Assembly (NCBI GenBank): GCA_016783745.1
Contig: JADHVZ010000004.1
Location: forward strand, 3,544 to 67,543
Origin: Candidatus Omnitrophota bacterium
GTDB taxonomy: Bacteria; Omnitrophota; Gorgyraeia; JAHIPI01
Length of the DNA stretch: 64,000 bases
Direction: 5' to 3'
Numbering within the stretch: the first letter of the stretch is position 1; every line of letters starts with the position of its first letter. The position numbers and the translations under genes are program-made. The notes under the pieces are model-generated. The model was not told where the DNA came from. It did not search any database and was given only the letters and a program-made list of their open reading frames with translations. This document shows, one piece after another, positions 58,593 to 64,000 of the stretch.

Positions 58593-59553
58593 AGTACCAT
58601 CCATGATAAATAGATTACAACGGAGATGGACTTCACATATTTTGCTTTACCATGCGACATTCAGCGAGGTCTCAGAGAATATAGGATCAGAGCTGCATAA
58701 CGTAAGCCCGGATGTCCTTTATAAAGAATTAAAATGGCTTGCCGCTTATTTCGACGCAGTGGATATCGATGATTATTTCCAGGCAGCCGATAAGACCGGA
58801 AAATTCGTCGTTACTTTCGATGACGGCTATAACTCGTTTTTTCAAGAGGGCTTCCCTGTCATCAAGGCTCTGAAGATTCCGTGCGCTGTTTTTTTGTGCG
58901 GCAGCACGATCGACGGTAAAATTTTCTGGCGGGATAAGATCAGATTTTTAATAAGCAACAGCTTAGTCGGTGAATTTTTGGAGTTCTACCGTAGATTTTC
59001 GGATCCGGACCCTCTTTTAAACGAAGCCACTTTTTACAGACGGACAAAAACACCGTCTGTCAATAGCCTCGAGCTGAATACGCTATTAGACAGGTTTTTT
59101 GAAAAGAAACGCATTGATACAAAAAATTTCGAGTATTGTCTCAAAGATAAGAATGATCTGATCAAAGACCCGTTTATAACATACGGGAATCATACGTATG
59201 ATCATTATATTCTATCTTCGCTATCAGAAGAGCAGCAAGAGGACCAGATACGGAAGAACGATGAATTGCTTCGGTCGCTTGGGGTAAGGATGTCCAGGAT
59301 ATTCTCTGTGCCATTCGGAGGCCAAAGAGACTTCAATCAGGCCTCTTGCCGGCTGATGAAGAAATACGGGTATACGGGATTTATGTATTCAAGAGACCGC
59401 ATAAATGTATCAAGAATGACGGGTGTGAGGACGAATTGTTCCCTACCCTCCTTTGAACGCTACATGCCCGCGGGGAACTTTGCGTCTTTCCAAAAACAGC
59501 TGACAAAGATGGCTTTCAAGGGTTTGTGCAGAAAAGTTTTTAAAGAGGGATAA
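58582..59553 (+). CDS. Polysaccharide deacetylase (NodB/CE4)
   Basis: LLYH, VTFDDGY, GNHTYDH, PFG. Confidence 0.87.
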   Translation: MFFKVPSMINRLQRRWTSHILLYHATFSEVSENIGSELHNVSPDVLYKELKWLAAYFDAVDIDDYFQAADKTGKFVVTFDDGYNSFFQEGFPVIKALKIPCAVFLCGSTIDGKIFWRDKIRFLISNSLVGEFLEFYRRFSDPDPLLNEATFYRRTKTPSVNSLELNTLLDRFFEKKRIDTKNFEYCLKDKNDLIKDPFITYGNHTYDHYILSSLSEEQQEDQIRKNDELLRSLGVRMSRIFSVPFGGQRDFNQASCRLMKKYGYTGFMYSRDRINVSRMTGVRTNCSLPSFERYMPAGNFASFQKQLTKMAFKGLCRKVFKEG

Positions 59554-59570
59554 CAGGGCAGTATAATACA

Positions 59571-60710
59571 ATGAACGCGCTTTATATACATTTGAGCTCA
59601 TTAGCCGAAAAACGCGCTAATGTTATACAGGTAATGCAGATGTGTAACGCCTTGGAGGAGGCTGGTATCGCTGTTACGCTTGCGATACCTAAGAATAGTC
59701 ACAGATCAGGAAATATGGAGACGATAAGAGACGAGCTGGGAAGACCTGCCGGATTTAAAGTCCAGGAGTATTCAAAATATACTATTAGAGGCAGGCCTAT
59801 GTCGCTCGGAGCTTATTGGGGAGTAAGATCTATTCTGGATAAAGACAGGCATTATGATTTTTGTTATACCAGGAATTTTTTTCTGGCAAATTTGGCGATA
59901 AATAAGGGGTTGAAAACAATATATGAGGAACATTACGACAGATTGCATCCTTCGAGCTTATTGAATAGATGGTATATCAAGGAATTTCTAAAAAATGTCC
60001 ATTCGGTGAATCTCATTAAGATCGTTACTATCAGCCAGGCGCTTGCCGATATCTGGAGAAAGCGCGGTGTCCCCTCAGAAAAGATGTCGGTCCTGCATGA
60101 CGGTGTCGCCCTTGAGGATTACGCGGCGGTAAAAGGCCGGGATCAGGCGCGTTTGGAATTGGGGATCAAGACAAAAAAGAAAATAGTTGTGTATGCTGGA
60201 AGCCTGTACGGAGACAGAGGTATTGAAAATATATTGAAAGCCGCTGATTCATTTCCTGAAGCTTACTTCATTGTCGTGGGCGGGCCCGAGAAACATAAGC
60301 GCATGTATGAGTCAAGTGCCGCTAAGCGCGGACTCACAAACATCATTTTTAAAGGGAGGGTCCCTCATCATAAAGTCAGAGATTACCTTTTTGCGGCAGA
60401 CGTATTGATCGCGCTTTTTAGCCGGCGGGTGCCGACTATAAATGTATGTTCGCCGCTAAAGGTGTTTGAATACATGGCAGCGGAACGCATTATCCTCACT
60501 CAAGACTTCCCTGTAATAAGGGAAGTGCTTAAAGACGGTGATAACGCTTTGTTGGCAGACCCCGATTCCTACGAAGATCTTGAATCTAAAATGCGGCATG
60601 CCCTCTCAATCGAATATCCAAATGCGCTTGCCATTAAGGCGAGAATCGACGCGTTTAATAAATATAGTTGGAAAAAAAGGGCCGAGGCGATTTTAAATAT
60701 ACTGAAATGA
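59571..60710 (+). CDS. GT4 glycosyltransferase
   Basis: ANVIQVMQMC, YAGSL, SPLKVFEYMA. Confidence 0.9.
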   Translation: MNALYIHLSSLAEKRANVIQVMQMCNALEEAGIAVTLAIPKNSHRSGNMETIRDELGRPAGFKVQEYSKYTIRGRPMSLGAYWGVRSILDKDRHYDFCYTRNFFLANLAINKGLKTIYEEHYDRLHPSSLLNRWYIKEFLKNVHSVNLIKIVTISQALADIWRKRGVPSEKMSVLHDGVALEDYAAVKGRDQARLELGIKTKKKIVVYAGSLYGDRGIENILKAADSFPEAYFIVVGGPEKHKRMYESSAAKRGLTNIIFKGRVPHHKVRDYLFAADVLIALFSRRVPTINVCSPLKVFEYMAAERIILTQDFPVIREVLKDGDNALLADPDSYEDLESKMRHALSIEYPNALAIKARIDAFNKYSWKKRAEAILNILK

Positions 60711-60763
60711 CAGTTTGTAGAGATAGACGGCGTTGTTGTGGCTAAAAAATAACGGCAGGGACT

Positions 60764-62224
60764 ATGGAAGCGATGTTAACCTTTAGGCAAAATTGGAGAT
60801 TGATCATTTCACTTACATTTCTTTCGGCTCTCTTCATATGGAAATTCGGCGTCGGGACACTGTTTACTTTAGCATTTCTATGCATGGCGTTCCTCTTTCT
60901 TATGTCGATTATTTTTAGGTCAAATAAGACCGCGCTGGTCATCATCCTTACGCTGGCGTTCACCCGGGGAATAATATTATTGGCCGGCATTCCCACGATT
61001 GTGCCAAGGTCGATCATGGAGATCTCAATACTTTTACTATTGGTAAAGTCGCTTTATCTGCAATCTATTGTGGTGAAAAGATCTGTAAAGGTAATAGGAT
61101 TTTCGCCGCTCCTCGCCCTTTTCATAGTCTCTTTATTTTCATTGTATGTTAATAAAAAACCGTTTTTTCCTTATCTATTCTTTTTAAGAGATATCTTTAT
61201 TTATTATTTATTTTTTGTCGCCTTACTCAATTTGGATTTAGCCGAGAGAACGCTAAAATTCATAAATAAATATATCGTATTCCTTTTTTTACTTCAAATA
61301 CCTGCCGCGATAACAAAATTTATTATCATAGGAATGGAGGAGGGAAGGGGCATCGGAACAGTGTCGGTTTATGCCGGCCCCCTCTCCGTGACTCTACCTT
61401 TGTTCGCAATAGCCTTTCTGCTTTCGTTATATTTTTTTAGAAAACGTAACATATACCTGCTTGCGATACTTGCTTTTATTGCCTTTAGCCTTATGGGACA
61501 AAAGAGAGCCCTCGCTTTCTATCTACCGCTTTTGTCCCTGTTTCTTTATCATGCTTACAGAAAAATGGTATATCATAAAAGCGTCTTAATATTGAACCTG
61601 AGACAGATCAAAATCGTCGTTTTAATAGGATTAATTTTTTTACTGGCGCTCTATTCCACCGCGAAGACGCAGAACTTCCTGAATCCCGAAGAAAGAATAG
61701 GCGGCAGTTTTAATATACGCTTCATGTCAAAGAAGGTCTCTCAGTATATGACAGAGAAGACAAATGAAGGGCGCACCCTCGGCCGCCTGGCCACTACGGT
61801 ACATTCATATAACATTTTAAGGAAAGAAGGGCCTGTGACTTCGATGCTAGGGCTCGGAGCGGGTATACTGACGGCATCTTCCTTAATGGATACAGACCTC
61901 AGCGCAACGTACCTGCGGCTCGGGATCATGGGCGGGAAAACGGGTCTGGTATGGCTGCTTCTTCAGGTCGGTATATTAGGCGTATTTTTTCTACTGCTGT
62001 TCTATTTTCAATTATATAGACGGGCATATATAGTTTATAAACATGTTTCGGATCCTTATTGGAAACCGATAATCCTGGGTTTCCTGGGAGTTACTTTTGT
62101 ATTTGTTTTAGATTTTTTGACTTATTCGGTCAGCAGCATGTTTTTGGGGATCTTGACGCCGGTATATTTCTACCTGGCGGCAGCCTGCTTTAAGTCGATA
62201 CATTTCGAGAAAACCGTATTATAG
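60764..62224 (+). CDS. Wzy/WaaL-like polymerase or ligase
   Basis: Many TM segments, large loop, GLGAG...GILG region. Confidence 0.65.
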   Translation: MEAMLTFRQNWRLIISLTFLSALFIWKFGVGTLFTLAFLCMAFLFLMSIIFRSNKTALVIILTLAFTRGIILLAGIPTIVPRSIMEISILLLLVKSLYLQSIVVKRSVKVIGFSPLLALFIVSLFSLYVNKKPFFPYLFFLRDIFIYYLFFVALLNLDLAERTLKFINKYIVFLFLLQIPAAITKFIIIGMEEGRGIGTVSVYAGPLSVTLPLFAIAFLLSLYFFRKRNIYLLAILAFIAFSLMGQKRALAFYLPLLSLFLYHAYRKMVYHKSVLILNLRQIKIVVLIGLIFLLALYSTAKTQNFLNPEERIGGSFNIRFMSKKVSQYMTEKTNEGRTLGRLATTVHSYNILRKEGPVTSMLGLGAGILTASSLMDTDLSATYLRLGIMGGKTGLVWLLLQVGILGVFFLLLFYFQLYRRAYIVYKHVSDPYWKPIILGFLGVTFVFVLDFLTYSVSSMFLGILTPVYFYLAAACFKSIHFEKTVL

Positions 62225-62232
62225 AGGGCGGT

Positions 62233-63390
62233 ATGCAGAAGAGGATTAAAATACTATATCTATTTCCGTCATTAAGAAGGGCGGGCCCGACATCGGGCAT
62301 GCTCGCTTTAATAAAGTATATGGACCGCAAAAGGTACGATATAACGGTAGGCTCCCTCGATAGATTACCTGAGAAGTCCAGGTCTATTGGTCCCGCCCTG
62401 GAAAAAATGAATATTAGAATTAAAACCTTTAATATGCACGGCTGGTGGGGTTTACTAAAAGCAGGGCGCGTGAAAAAATTTATTGCCCAGGAGAGTTTTG
62501 ATATAGTCCATAGCTGCGGAATAAGGCCCGATATCGTAAACTCCAGAATAAAAAAGAATATATCGGTGTCATCGGTAAGGGAGATAATCGGCGGAAATTA
62601 CCGCCTTTTGTGCGGGCCCGTTTTTTCTAAGGCCTTCTCTTTTGTTCATAAGAAGGCTCTGAGAAAAATGGATTATATAATAACGGTCTCGAATGCGGTG
62701 GAGGATTACCTGGTGAGAAAAGGCCTCGATAAGAAAAGCATTTCCTGCGTCCATAATTTCATAGATCCTGAATGGCGCAAAGTATCGGCTTCCGTCCGCC
62801 GCAGGGATCCGGGCAACGGGGCCACGAACATCGGTTATATAGGTAATCTGATACCTTTGAAAAGAGTCGATTGGATCATAAAGGCCGTAGGTGATATAAA
62901 AAAGAAGTATCCCGGGAAGAGGCTTCGCCTGCATATCGCGGGGGAGGGTTTTATGAATAGCCGCTTAAGGTCTTTAACGAGGAAACTGGGCCTGGGTGAT
63001 TCCATTAAATTCTATGGGCACTTGAATGACGCGGCGATACTGATGGACAGGCTGGATGTCTTTATCATGGCTTCTGAATTCGAGGGCTTGCCGAGGGTGT
63101 TGATGGAGGCGATGTCCGTCGGTATAACGTGTGTAGCCCCTGACACGGGCGGGATCCCGGAACTTATAGAGAATGACTCGACCGGATATCTTTTTGACTC
63201 CTCAAGCTACGGCGATATGGCGGCAAAATTAGAGGATGTGGTCATAGGCGGGAGATTTTTGGACGCCGAAAAAATAAGGAAACGTATCGAAGATGACTTT
63301 AACGCGGAAAAAGGGTCCGGAAAGACTCAGGAGCTGTACGAGGATATGATATCCGGCGAACGGTTGAGGAAGAAGGCATATGGCGGATAG
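62233..63390 (+). CDS. GT4 glycosyltransferase
   Basis: YIGNL...K, EGLPRVLMEAM, GGIPE. Confidence 0.9.
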   Translation: MQKRIKILYLFPSLRRAGPTSGMLALIKYMDRKRYDITVGSLDRLPEKSRSIGPALEKMNIRIKTFNMHGWWGLLKAGRVKKFIAQESFDIVHSCGIRPDIVNSRIKKNISVSSVREIIGGNYRLLCGPVFSKAFSFVHKKALRKMDYIITVSNAVEDYLVRKGLDKKSISCVHNFIDPEWRKVSASVRRRDPGNGATNIGYIGNLIPLKRVDWIIKAVGDIKKKYPGKRLRLHIAGEGFMNSRLRSLTRKLGLGDSIKFYGHLNDAAILMDRLDVFIMASEFEGLPRVLMEAMSVGITCVAPDTGGIPELIENDSTGYLFDSSSYGDMAAKLEDVVIGGRFLDAEKIRKRIEDDFNAEKGSGKTQELYEDMISGERLRKKAYGG

Positions 63391-64000
63391 GACTATCTTA
63401 AATATACTCGCTCATTTAAAGCGGTTTAACTGGCTGAAGGCCCAGTATCTAAAGGCCAAGATATCCTGGGATTTCCCCATAGACCTCCATATAGAGCCCA
63501 CTAATCTCTGTAATCTGGACTGCTCCTTTTGCGCAAGCCCTCAGAATAAAGAGGCAAAAAAGGGCTACATGGATATGGCACTTTACAAAAAGATAATCGA
63601 TGAATGCGCCGCGTCCGGAAAGGTCATGTTGTTATTGCTGCATAAGGACGGGGAGTCGCTTTTACATTCCGGCCTGCCGGAGATGATCCGGTACGCAAAA
63701 GAGAAAAAGGCCGCTAAGATCATCCATCTATCGACGAACGGGCTTGAGCTGGATAAAAATAAAAGCAGGCTTTTGATAGAGTCCGGACTGGACGATATAT
63801 TAATAGCTCTGGATGCCGCCAGGAGATCGACATATCTCCGGATAAAGGGCGTGGACAGGCTGGAGGAAGTCGAGGATAATATTATGCATTTTGTCGAGGC
63901 CAGGAAGGCAATTAACGGAAAGAGGCCGTTTATCCGCGTCAAGATGATCAGGACGGAAAAAAATAGCGCTGAAGTGCCGCTTTTTAAAAGAAAATGGGAA
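63380..64000 (+). CDS. Radical SAM protein, 3'-truncated (absent from the ORF track)
   Basis: ATG 63380 overlaps the previous gene; translates MADRTILN...FPIDLHIEPTNLCNLDCSFC...GESLLH...STNG and stays open to the window end. Confidence 0.88.
   Translation, partial: MADRTILNILAHLKRFNWLKAQYLKAKISWDFPIDLHIEPTNLCNLDCSFCASPQNKEAKKGYMDMALYKKIIDECAASGKVMLLLLHKDGESLLHSGLPEMIRYAKEKKAAKIIHLSTNGLELDKNKSRLLIESGLDDILIALDAARRSTYLRIKGVDRLEEVEDNIMHFVEARKAINGKRPFIRVKMIRTEKNSAEVPLFKRKWE

Noticed and set aside
59562-59567. Internal promoter (TATAAT just before ATG 59571)
   Set aside because: Only 3 nt from the start codon, with no convincing -35; cannot be supported.

Overview
Bacterial DNA, essentially all coding on the + strand. 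It starts with the 3' ~3.1 kb of a large surface protein (Ig/cadherin-like repeats, LVIVD-type propeller, LamG). A sigma70-like promoter then precedes a >60 kb, mostly translationally coupled surface-glycan cluster that runs off the right edge. The cluster encodes Wzz, a Wzy-like polymerase, a PglK/MsbA-type ABC exporter, 4 NeuB-type ulosonate synthases, 5 cytidylyltransferase domains, 1 NeuC and 3 ulosonyl-transferase-like proteins. It also has 8 radical SAM enzymes (3 B12-binding), 6 methyltransferase domains, a UDP-sulfoquinovose synthase with a Cys-rich extension and an Arn/Gtr-like lipid-carrier branch. Two genes are interrupted (one frameshift, one amber codon). The best candidates for undescribed biology are (i) sulfate adenylyltransferase + active-site-divergent pyruvate kinase + Thr-nucleophile sulfatase-fold protein, (ii) repeated cytidylyltransferase-radical SAM-NeuB units, and (iii) heptamer-repeat inverted elements, one set bracketing a whole gene with a perfect 24-bp inverted repeat. 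The giant-protein style suggests an uncultured anaerobe such as Omnitrophota, but that is only inference. No rRNA, tRNA, CRISPR or transposase was seen.
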